Assembly (NCBI GenBank): GCA_028534125.1
Contig: CM052816.1
Span: forward strand, 41,914,001 to 41,978,000
Direction: 5' to 3'
Origin: Lama glama
Taxonomy: Eukaryota
DNA: 64,000 nt
Shown: positions 53,203-64,000 of the stretch, one piece after another
Layout: each line of letters begins with the position of its first letter
How positions within the stretch are numbered: the first letter of the stretch is position 1
Position numbers and translations under genes: made by a program
The notes under the pieces: generated by a model
What the model was told of the DNA's origin: nothing
Database searches by the model: none
What the model saw: the letters and a program-made list of their open reading frames with translations, nothing else

Positions 53203-53715
53203 AGATTACTTAGGCTGTTTGGGGTCTTTTGTGATTCCTTATAAATTGTGGAATTGTTTGTTCTAGTTCTGTGAGGAATGTCGTCAGTATTTTGACAGGG
53301 GTTGCACTGGATCTGTGGATTGCTTTGGATAATGTGGCCATTTTGATGGCATTGATTCTTCCAATCCAAGAGCACAGGAAATCTTTTCATTTATTTCTGT
53401 CATTTTGGTTTTCAGAGTGTAGGTAACCTCCTTGGTTAAGTTTATTTCTAGGTATTTTATTGTTTTTGATATAATGGAAATGTCTCTGCCAGTTATAAAA
53501 TTCTGGTTTTTGAAGTGAAAAAAAAAAAAGTGAAAGGCCACAGATGGCAAAATATCCTCCTTTTTTATGGGTGAGTTGTATTCCATTATATATATGTATG
53601 TTGCATCTTCATTATCTATTCAACTATTGGATATGCACTTAGGATGCTTCCATATCTTGGCAATTATAAATAATGTACCTGTTAATAGCAGGGTGTGTTT
53701 ATCTTTTTGAGTTAA
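53203..53715 (-). mobile_element. Two minus-strand L1 pieces (ORF2 53203-53480; 3' region 53535-53715)
   Basis: TTCTAGTTCTGTGAGGAATGTC...TTCTTCCAATCCAAGAGCACAGG; TCCATATCTTGGCAATTATAAATAAT. Confidence 0.85.
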
Positions 53716-53844
53716 TTCTTATTTTGTGCTTGGCTTTATTCCTTTGATAACTATGTAAGTTTGAAAAGCTAAATCTCTCAAAGTTCTTAGAAACAATGAG
53801 CAGTACATATATGTAAATTAGAAGATGTATGTGCAGTAAAAAAA

Positions 53845-54172
53845 AAAAAGATCAAGCCATGAAAGACACAGAAGAAACTTTAAAGTCATATTACTAAATG
53901 AAAGAAGCCAGCCTGAAAAGGCTACAAACTGTACGATTCTAACCAAATGACATTCTGGAAAAGGCACAGCTACAGAAACATTAAAAAGATGATGGTTTCC
54001 AGGGGTTTGGGGAGAGGGAGGAATGAATAGACGTAGCACAAGGGATTTTTAGGGCAATGAAATTATTCTATATGATACTATAATGGTGGCTACATGTCAT
54101 TATGCATTTATCAAAACCCATAGAATGTACAACATCAAGAGTGAACCCTAATGTAAACTATGAAAAAAAAAA
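53845..54172 (+). mobile_element. L1MC-type 3' fragment
   Basis: AAGCCATGAAAGACACAGAAGAAAC...GACATTCTGGAAAAGGC...CAAGAGTGAACCCTAATGTAAACTATG. Confidence 0.85.
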
Positions 54173-54379
54173 CTAATTCCTGAATCAAACTAACGCTAAC
54201 GGGTTTGGAAGAAAAGTAGAAACCATCAATGGAATCACAGAAGGAAAGGCCAGTGAGTTCATAATAAAACAGAAACAGACAACAAAAACAGTTATAAAAA
54301 TGGTAGAATGTATTGAACTGGAATCCATATCATGGAAGCATTTCAAAGAGAGAGACTGGCTGTCAAATGAAGCTGATAA

Positions 54380-54870
54380 AGAAAAGTGTGGATTGAGAAA
54401 TCTTTTTTTCCTGTGATAGAATTGTTCTAAAATGGGATTATGAGGGAGACACAACTCTGCACATTTACACACACAAAACCCAAATAATTTTGTATTTAAA
54501 TGAGTGAATTTATGGCATGTAAATTGTACCTCAATAATCTCTTTCAAAATAAAGGAGTATATTTAGCACATATCTACCCAATAGAGCCACTCCCAGATAT
54601 TCATCTCACAGGGTAAATGAGAACAGATATTTAGAGAAAAGATGCATGCATATATATAAAAAAATTTATTCATAATAACCCACACTTGAACTAACCCAAA
54701 TGTCCATTATTAAGAGAATGGATTAATATTTTGTGATATAATCTTACAAGGTCAAATTATTCAGCCATACAAACAGAATGACTGGCATATTCAAATAAAA
54801 ACATGTAGCTCTAAAAACATTACTTAGAGCAAAAGAGACAGACATCAAAGTATGCATTGTGATTTTTTTC
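54380..54870 (+). mobile_element. Old L1 3' fragments
   Basis: GTGAATTTATGGCATGTAAATTGTACCTCAATAA; ACCCAAATGTCCATTATTAAGAGAATGGATTAA. Confidence 0.65.
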
Positions 54871-55199
54871 TTTTTTATCGGATTCAACCACCGTCAAAGT
54901 GATGGGTGCATGTCGTGAGAGTGTGTGTTTTCAACTGAAATGTAACAGAGGGTATATATTCTGTGTTAATGGTTGTGATTCAAACATGTGGTTCATACAC
55001 TGACTTTTCTGATACTGTTGAGGGTTAGAAATTTGAAAGATTTGTGAAATCATAAACTTTACATTGACACATTTTACTGTATTTTTATTGTATACAGATA
55101 TAAACACAAAAAGAAAGAGGTAAGAAAAAGTTACCATTAGACAATAATGGAGAAAATGACAATTTAGTTACAACCCTCTCCTCTGACAACCCACCTCCT

Positions 55200-56641
55200 C
55201 CCCACCAGCACTACCAGATAACTGACCAATCCAGGATGTCAGCTGCTGGTTGGGTTCCAGGTGGAATATTGGGGTGTCCCCCTGGGGCTTGTTGTGGCTG
55301 GTGGCTCCACGTTAAGTGGGCAGAGCCCTGTGGTGAATCAGTGCCATGGAAGGGCTGCTGTCTGTGGAGCATGGCTTTGGGCTGATCCTTAGGAAGCTGA
55401 GTGTGGTCCTGGTTTTGCTGCTGCCCAATGACCTGTGTTCTCAGTTCATGTTCCAGAGCCTCCACTGGGAGACGGTGTTGCGTCTGCCTGTCCTCACCTT
55501 ATTGCTGGGTGTCTTATTTACTTTCAGACTTACTCAGTCTGTTAGATGTCAGCTTAATAGAAGACATGAAAAGCAACTGGCAAGAACACTGGCTGCACAG
55601 ATTGAGGAGAAATGCCACCTCATCAACAAGCTTTGTGTGGCTAATAAGGAGTGTGCTAAGATGGAGACAACTTTAAAGAATGCCTGGCTAGAGAAGGAGC
55701 CAGCAAATATACCCAGCCTCACTGACACTTACAGAAAGTTGATGACGGTCAACCTGAGTTTGAGGAAGGAAATCAATTTTCTTGTCCAAGAACTGAAGAA
55801 AGATCCCTGTGGTCTATAAAAGAAGAGATGACAGAGATGCTAAAAGTGCTCAACTTCCTGGAGGAGGTCATGAGAATCAGCACATCACAGGGGCTTTTAC
55901 AAACCAGCCAGGGGACCAAGCACCAAGCCCTGATGGTCCCTTTCCCGGGAGTGGGCCCTCATATTAAAGATGTGCTATTCCCCCCGCCCCCCTCCACTCA
56001 GGCCTACCAAACTGCCAGTCTGCATTCACTCACTCAGTCAGATCTCCACCTGAGCTGCAGTGGATGGAGGGAAAGCCTCTCCTCTGGACCAGAGTTCCTC
56101 CAACGTTACAAGTGAGCACAGCAGTGAACTCCTTCGTGGTCAACATCTCTCATCTGAAATAAATTGAAATTCCCAGAACACACCACGAAGCATGGGACTT
56201 TTTTTATATTCAGCAGATGTTTGGATTATCTCTTATTATTTGTGAAAGAAATGTAATTGAGACTGATCTTCTATGTAGTTTGAATCTGTATTAAGCCTCA
56301 TTTCTCAAGACAATTTGGGTAACTATTATATATCAGCAATGTGAGTGAAGTGTACATATAGTTATTCTGTGTACAAATATTGTATTATAATTTGAAAATG
56401 TAAGCGATTTGTCAGTATGAACTTTTAGATGGCCATAGCATTTATTTCTAGAGTTTAATTCTGAAATCATAAGTTTAAGTCCAAGAGCCTTTTTTTTACC
56501 TGAGTATGTATAGTTTAAAAAAAAAGTGAACTTTTTTAAGATGAAGTTTAATTGTACTCTTAGAAGAAACTTTTCATTTAATTTTTATATTCTGCTATAA
56601 CAATATCCATAACAAAAAATAAATTTGATAAATTAAAAAAA
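55200..56641 (+). pseudogene. Intronless, internally deleted cTAGE5/MIA2-derived retrocopy (retrogene or pseudogene)
   Basis: Colinear with the cTAGE5 N-terminus without introns; frameshift at ~55799-55801; jumps to the proline-rich domain (55923 frame: PSPDGPFPGSGPSY*RCAIPPAP vs [23 protein letters not shown]); AT-rich 3'UTR-like tail with AATAAA at 56618 and A7 at 56635. Confidence 0.85.
55346..55819 (+). CDS. cTAGE-family-like 157-aa ORF (membrane anchor and start of coiled-coil 1); coding status unproven
   Basis: Kozak GTGCCATGG; shares with cTAGE5 (recalled) GL.L..L, LP, WE.V, SVR..L....EK.LA..L...IEEK..L..K....KE, LK.A..EKE.....SL..T..KL...N..L..EI..L..ELK. Confidence 0.55.
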   Translation: MEGLLSVEHGFGLILRKLSVVLVLLLPNDLCSQFMFQSLHWETVLRLPVLTLLLGVLFTFRLTQSVRCQLNRRHEKQLARTLAAQIEEKCHLINKLCVANKECAKMETTLKNAWLEKEPANIPSLTDTYRKLMTVNLSLRKEINFLVQELKKDPCGL

Positions 56642-56654
56642 GGTATCCCATCGA

Positions 56655-57762
56655 GTTCCTTTTTTTTATGGTTGAGTAGTACTGCATTGTGTGTGTGTGT
56701 GTGTGTGCGTGTATCCCCATCTTCTTTATCCAGTCCTCTTTCAGTGGACATTTTGGATGCTTCCGTGTCTTGGCTATTGTATATAGTGCTGCAGTGAACA
56801 CTGGGGTGCATGTATCTTTTCAAATTAGTGTTTTCTCCAGATACATGCCCAGGAGTGGGAATGCTGGATCATATAGTGACCCTATTTTTAGTTTTTAAAG
56901 GAGTCTCCATATTGTTTTCCATTGTGACCAAATTACATTCTTACCAACAGCATAGGAGGGTTCCCTTTCCTCCACACCCTCTAAAGCATTTATCATTTGT
57001 GGACCTTTTAATGATGACCATTTTGCTTCATGGGAAGTGATACCTTATTGTAGTTTTGATTTGCATTTCTCTAATAATTAGTGATATTGAGCATCTTTTC
57101 ATGTGCCTCTTGGCCATCTGTATGTCTTCATTGAAGAAATGTCTGTTTAGGTCTTCTGTCCTTTTGGATTGGGTTGTTTGTTTTTTTGTTACTGAGTTGT
57201 ATGAGCTATTTGTATACTTTGGAAATTAAGCTCTTGTTGGTTGCATCGTTTGCAAATATTTTCTCCCAGTCCATAGGTTGTCTTTTTGTTTTGTTTATGG
57301 TTTCCTTTGCTGTGCTAAAGCATGTATTTAACTAGAATGAAATTAAGTTTAATTAGAATGAAATTATGCCATTTGCAGCAACATGAATAGACCTAGAGAT
57401 TGTCATACTAAGTGAAGTAAGTCAGACAGAAAAAGACAAATATCATGATATCACTTATATATGGAATCTAAAATAATATAGCACAAGGGAACTTACAAAA
57501 TGGGAACAGACTCACAGACATAGAAAACAACTTATGGTTACCAGGGGGAAGGGATAAATAGGAGTCTGGGATTTACAGATACACACTACTATATCTAAAA
57601 TAGATAAACAGGGTCCTGCTGTATAGCACAGGTTACTGTATTCAATACCTTGTAATAACCTGTAATAAAGAATATGAAAAAGAATATATATGTATGACTG
57701 AATCAAAATACTGTATATCAGAAAGTAAAACATTTTAAATCAACTGTACGTCAATTAAAAAG
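56655..57762 (+). mobile_element. L1 with 5' inversion (56655-57345 antisense; 57355-57762 sense 3' end)
   Basis: The inverted arm ends (in L1 sense) at TACTACTCAACCATAAAAAA and the sense arm starts with the next L1 bases AGAATGAAATTATGCCATTTGCAGCAACATG; short A tail. Confidence 0.9.
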
Positions 57763-60700
57763 TACTCCATTTCCTATGTATACATTTCTTTGTCTAAGGA
57801 TTAAAATTTTTCAAGATTTGCATAATATTAAATATAGGATGCATATTGTTTTATTCACCAATAAAAATTTTAGGTCATGAAATAAAAGTACCAAATTCTT
57901 ACAGACAGTACTTTTTACCCAGTCTGCATGGTGGTAAACACAAATTCTGAGTTAGATCTTAGAAAGTAATGCTCTTCTTCCCTCCCCCAAACAAAATAAA
58001 ACAGTTGGTGGCCTAATCTTGCAGTCATTTTCATCTTTTTGTCAGGGAGGGTTTGAATATGAGATAGTAATTATTTAGTGAATACTTGAGTTCTTTCAGA
58101 TAAAGACGTTAATTGGAACAAAATGCCATGATATCTAACACTCTTGAAAATTAACGTGCTGAATTCAGATCCTTATCACTTCGTTGACTTATATGTCAGA
58201 AATCTAGCCCTGCGGACTCTAACATTATAATTTGTGGATTTTTCATATTTATTATCCTTGTGTTAAGACTTTGAAGTATTTGGAGGAGACAAAATAACAT
58301 TGATTTTGACCACTCTGTCAGTGCGCTTCTAGCTAAGCATATGGAGAAGTATGAAATAGAGATAATAGAAATAAAAAATTCAGAGGATTGGGTACAAGTC
58401 CCCTGAAGGTAGAAAAAGGTACTTTTTCTTTTCATTCTTACATCACCTACACCTCTTTACTAGTATAACAGTGCCCCTGCTCCATGTCTGCTCTGGCTCT
58501 GAGGAAACCTGGTTTACTTTGTCTTACAGCACATAGTCCTGCTGCTCTCCTCAGTGTCTGGGACCCTACCCTCCACTTAAGAGGGTTATGAGTGTCCTGG
58601 GCCATTGAACAGGCAAATAGTCCAGCATAATAACAAATGGGGCTGAGAAGAGTCTCAGCACAGATATAACAGACATTGATCAGCAAACTGGGAAGTCCTC
58701 ACCACACACCCCCATAAACAAGCCAGAATGTCTCTTTGCCCCGACTGATAAAAAGTGTACACTCAGAAGCATCTGAGCTGTGGGTGCTGTTTTAGCTTTC
58801 CTGAGACTCTGACAAAGACAGTTGATGGTGCAGGACTGGGTGGAGGTGGGGCACTTTCTCATGATCATGTGGTCTTTTCTAGTTAGCTTTTAATTTTTTT
58901 CCTTACCAACCTCTTTGTTCATCCCCTCCCTCACTTCCCCTGCTTTCCTGTAACCTGTGAAATGTTCTCCTTTCTAGGGGAGAGATAACCTGGACTTTTT
59001 TGTTTCTCTCAGCCTATGTTTATGGCATTAACTTTGTGCTCTGAGTTTTTCAGGGCTTGAGACTTTGAAACTCACAAAGACCAGTCTCACTAATGATGTT
59101 TTGAGTTAGCTTAAGTTCAGTGCTATCTCTATGGAGAATGCAGTTTTCACTGTGGACTTAGAAATTTTGCTTACTCGATTTTGAAAAATGTAGTGTTTGA
59201 TATAAGGTCATTAATTGTCAATTTAATATTCAATGACAATAATTATTAAATCCAATTAAAATGTCAGTTTATTCTAAGTAACATAGATATAATAATTAGC
59301 TATTAAGTAATTTTGTAATAGTGTTTTAAACTTCAAAGTATGCTTATTTACTTGGACAACACTTATGTATCAACTTTAGGTTTGTTATTACTTTTATGAA
59401 AGTTACTGTTACCTGTTTTCTTAATACTAAATACTGACATAAGTGTAATGAAGGGGAAGGCCTCTCCACATAAAGGAAACTACAGAACTATTTGAGAAAT
59501 ACAAAGAATAAACACATCTTTGAATTAAAAGAGTGAGCGGATAACAGAGACTAGCAGTTGAATGAAAAGAAAGGAAGGAAAAAATACCAATGGTTGGATA
59601 GAAAAGCATAAAAAGTCAGAGACTGAGCAATTCTGAGACAAGTTAGAAATAAACACACATATTTAACCACAGATAAAGGAAAGGAGAAAGAAGACAAGAA
59701 TAACCCACTGAGACACACAAAGAATGGGTTTAGCTCAGTATTTGATGTATATTAGAAACTTAGCACATGTTTTTTGAATGAGAAAATGGAAGAAATACAA
59801 TCATAGAAAAACAACCACTTGAAATAAAAGGATCCATTCTGTGACTTTGTATTGCATCTGAAGACTTAAATCCTGATACGATTTTGCCAAATGAAGGCCT
59901 AAATGCCTTCAGTGTTTGAAATACAGCCTGGTTCATGTAAAATAAAAGTCTGTGCTTGTTTAACCATAGTCAGGTGTTGACAATCTCTGCTATTGGGAGA
60001 AAAAAACCTGTAATTTAATACAGAAGAATTTTTTAAAACTTTTTGAAAAGTACATCATGAAGCAGTGTCTATAGATACACATACTCAGATAAAGCATTTT
60101 TCTCTATTAATCATAATTTTCATAGGAAAAGACTGTTTTTCTCTGGGATATAAAATTATTGTGTAAGGCATTTTAGAAAACTAAGAAATCATCCTTGTCC
60201 AAAAAGTTATCATAAGAGTAAGTGTCCAAACATTGAGAAATAGTTTTGTAAATAATGATATAATGTAATTGAATTTCAAAAATTATGCTATCAATTATAA
60301 ACATTCCTAAAAGAATTATGTTGCAACTATGTATGAGAGTGAATGCAAATTACAGTTGAGAGAAAAATTAGAAAAAACATTTATATATTAAAATATTTTA
60401 TTAATATAACTTATTAAATTAATATTTAGTTAAAATGGTTGTATTTGAGTGTTCCTGTTTTTATTTCTGACATATTACTTCCATAAAAAGTGAAGAGTTG
60501 TCAAAGACCATTCACAAAATTTGTTCTCTGTGGATGAAGTTCCCCAAATCAACATTGGCTGTAATGTTCTTTTGAAAAACTGTAGTGAAATTATTACATG
60601 AATTTAAACCTTCCAACTATGAGACTCACACTTTTTCAGTAGATGAATAAATGACTATTCTGTTGTTTAGGACATGTGAGATCTATCATTTACCTTTAGT

Positions 60701-63050
60701 ACTTTTCAATGTCTGTTTTCTCTAGTGAATTTGTGAAGGAATCGAGGTCTGGTTTTTTCAAATCTTATTCTTCCTTCAGTCATATTTTGGGTTTAAAGTC
60801 ATCACTCTGATGGAGGAGATGGATGATGGGTTCTTCAAAGGTGAAAAAGTAAATTATTTTAAGACATTTCATCAATATTCTTTATGCAAATTATAAGGCT
60901 GTGTAATTTTTATTGCAATTATTGGTAACTAGTTAATTTAACCTTTGGCATCAGTTAAGGGCAGTGAGGTGGAGGCATTTATTTAAAAAGATAAATGTTC
61001 TTTTTCTTTTTTTCCTGAAATATCATCCAATAAAATAATACTTACAATTATACAGTTACAGAATTCTTATTACTTAGACATAAAACAAAATGTCTCTTTA
61101 TTATCAGCAGAAAGTTCAAATTGTGATAATAGCATTAACAAATAGAACTGACACAAGATCCTAGTGGAACCTAGCAAATATATTTTTGACTTGAGTAGTT
61201 GTCATTAACTCCACCTTGATTTATCAGGGCCATCAACTTTCCTCCCTGGTTTTCTGTATCCTTTAATAGTTCTTGAGATCTGTAGCTCATGAGATTTAAT
61301 GAGAACCTGATATCATTGGAGTCTTTCATAAACATATCTCAAGGTGAAGAGGCAGAGAAGAGGCTCTTGATTTTGTACTAATTAATTTTATTTATCTCAG
61401 TGATTAAATTTTATTAAACTTGAAATATATTTTTAGAGTTTTAAGAATAAGGATATCTGAACTTGAATGCTAAACAAATTAAGCTGAGCCTGGTGACAAT
61501 GGGAAGCAGTAGAAGATGGGCACAACTAAGAGGATGACATAATTGTTGTAGGGCACTATTGTTCTAAAAAAGTGTTTGATAAAAGTTTTCTGATGTCTTG
61601 TACGTAGTTGGCATGATGCAAACATTATTTAGGTCTATTTAAGTAGTATCCAGCTTAAAACACTTAATTTAATTCTGCTGGTTATCAATCTAGTCTACTT
61701 TGTAGACTGAGGATCTGAGCCCCTGTTCATTTTGGTGGGCTGTCTTGGGTGTCATGTGAGCAAATATGGGCATTATAAGGGGGAGGAAAGGTTAAGTCAG
61801 GTCATGTTAAGTTCCTGAGGAATGTTGTTAATTCTACTTTAGTGCACATGTGTTAGAGTATGAGTTTTAGCTCTGGAATTAAAATTTGAAAACACTATGA
61901 ATTTTTGTAGAATTATCTCAAGAGTTCATATCCAAATTCTATATCTGATATGCAATTGTTTGACTATAGACAGCAGTTCACAGACTTCAGTTATTGGTCA
62001 GTGATTATTCTTTATTATATTCTGCTTTTCCCACCTCTGTGTTTTGATAGTTAGTGGCCACTACAACAAAAATGAATTATTTTTCTACTTTTGTACACTC
62101 AGGAGATTTTTTTTTTAAAGATCTGAAAGAATTACTTTTAACTATACAAGATTTAGAATTTTATGTATGTCTTTTTAATTACTCAGATTTTTAAAAAGTT
62201 GTATTCTACTTGGCTAAAGATATTTGAAAGATGAATATAAAAGAGTTTATTTGGAGGATGACACTTCTCATTGAAATAGGAATAGAAGTGGGGACTAGGG
62301 GTAATATTTAATCTGTCAGATGTAACACAAAAGATGATTTTCTTTGGAAATTACAATCTGACCTACAATTGCAATTCAGTTTAATAAGAATTAGTCAGAA
62401 GCTTATTGTGATCTTGCGTCAGAAATGCATGAAATAAGCATTTACATTTTTTATATAAATTAATAAAGCCTTTAAATATACCCTACTCTCTGAATGGTCT
62501 CTCTGAACACCTAATGTTATGAGGTACATTTATTAAAGTTCATCTTTTGATCCTGTAAAATGATGTGCATTTTATAGGAGATTTTATACACACACACACA
62601 CACCCCTTTATATATACATAAACCCTTTTTTAGGACTTTGTCATAGTATTTCAGGCATGGTTTTTGGTGTTTACCTCTGGAGATTAAAAATAGTTATATC
62701 TAAACTTAACCCCTGGAAATATTTAATGGGTTCTGGACTAGGGCCCAGAAATGTCTATTTATAAGAAGTTTTATGGGTTTCAGGAATACTGATGTCTATG
62801 ATGCGATAGTCCAGATATTTTGGGAATCATTTGATTATTACTTTTTTCAATTTATTTAGTCACTTATTGTATATGTATGTGTGTATAGCTTTATATAACA
62901 GTATATATGTGTGTATATATATGCACATAGCTTTATATAATGTATATAATGAAAGTTATGTATAACTTTAAGTATATATATATATATCTATCTCACCTAT
63001 TATTTTCTGAGCACGACAGGAGCTAATTATAATTATGGATTGGAGGACCA

Positions 63051-63506
63051 TAGTGTTAGTTTCCTGTGGCTGCCACAACAAAGTACCACACATTTGGTGA
63101 CAAGAACAATAGAAGTGTATCATGTCACGTTTCTTGAGGCCAGAAGTCCGCAATCAAGGTGCCAGCAGGGCCATGCTCCCTTTGAAGGCTCTGTCGAGGT
63201 ATCCCTTGCTTTATCAGCTTCTGGTAGCTCCTGGCATTCCTTGGCTTGAGGCCATATACCTCTAATCTCTACCTCCATCTTTATATGGCCTTCTCCTCTG
63301 TGTCTCAGTGCTTTAAAGCCCCCTCACCTTTCTCTTGAAAGGACATTAGTCATTGGATGTAGGGCCCACCCTAAATTTAGCACGATTTTATTTTAAGATC
63401 CCTAATGATATCTTTAAAAATCTTATTTCCAAATAAGCTGCATTTGTAGGTACCCAGGTTGAGACTTGGACATATCTTTAGAGGGACACAGTTCAATCCA
63501 CTACAA
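63051..63506 (-). mobile_element. MLT1B/C-like solo LTR
   Basis: TGTTAGTTTCCTGTGGCTGCCACAACAAAGTACCAC...GGGACACAGTTCAATCCACTACA. Confidence 0.85.
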
Positions 63507-64000
63507 CCATATACTGCAAGTGATTATTTTCATTTTGAGGCAATTGACTTTCATCAGTCATTAGAGCAAACTTGGGTTTTTCAGATATTAAACAAAAATA
63601 GTGATTCATTCCTTTAAAAAAGTATCTGACTTACAAATAAGTGATTTGTATTTTATCCAGTTCCTACTGAATACCTTGGATTATTAACAGCATTTTTAAA
63701 TCCCTGCTTCTGCATGGACCATGCAGAATGTAGCATGTAAAATTCAGTAGATAAGGCCAGCATGTAATTTGCATGATATTGGTGCATAGAAAGCATGGAT
63801 TCCCTGTTGATACTAAGCCTGCACATAATCTTTTTCACAAATGCAGAAAAATGGAAAACACAGACATCTGTGAAAGAAATAAAAAATGGTCCTGTAAGAC
63901 ATACATTAAAAAAAAGTCATTTTTGAAGTCATTATTTTATAAACTGTTAATAGAGATGTCATTATTTCATTCCTGCTTATCCACTAACTTTAGAGATGGT

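Noticed and set aside
55116..55140. AAAAAGTTACCATT as the left TSD of the cTAGE retrocopy (vs AAAAAGTACTCCATT at ~57757)
   Set aside because: Short, A-rich and needs a gap; too weak to call
1..64000. CRISPR arrays, operons or other prokaryotic systems
   Set aside because: The sequence is mammalian; no regularly spaced repeat-spacer structure or gene-dense region was seen

Overview
AT-rich, repeat-dense mammalian DNA, intergenic or deep-intronic. The tRNA-derived SINE at 27026-27157 and the young L1 3' ends resemble camelid (alpaca/camel) families, so a camelid origin is likely but inferred. There are no prokaryotic features, and I could not support any spliced host-gene exon. Most of the window is layered retroelement and transposon debris: two ERV-L (LTR16/HERV16-like) provirus relics, MaLR LTRs, two ERV1-like solo LTRs, many L1/L2/MIR pieces, MER20 and a Charlie2-like hAT element. 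The only host-derived coding-like sequence is an intronless, strongly diverged, internally deleted cTAGE5/MIA2-derived retrocopy at about 55.2-56.6 kb. It keeps a strong Kozak ATG and a 157-aa ORF covering the membrane anchor and start of coiled-coil 1, and one frameshift separates it from a ~256-aa product. Other notable structures are a poly(A)-tailed, TSD-flanked insertion of antisense L1 sequence (24.1-24.4 kb), a twin-primed inverted L1 (56.7-57.8 kb) and a GCATG/palindrome motif cluster (63.7 kb). Repeat family names come from recognition by eye, not from a database search, and many boundaries are approximate.
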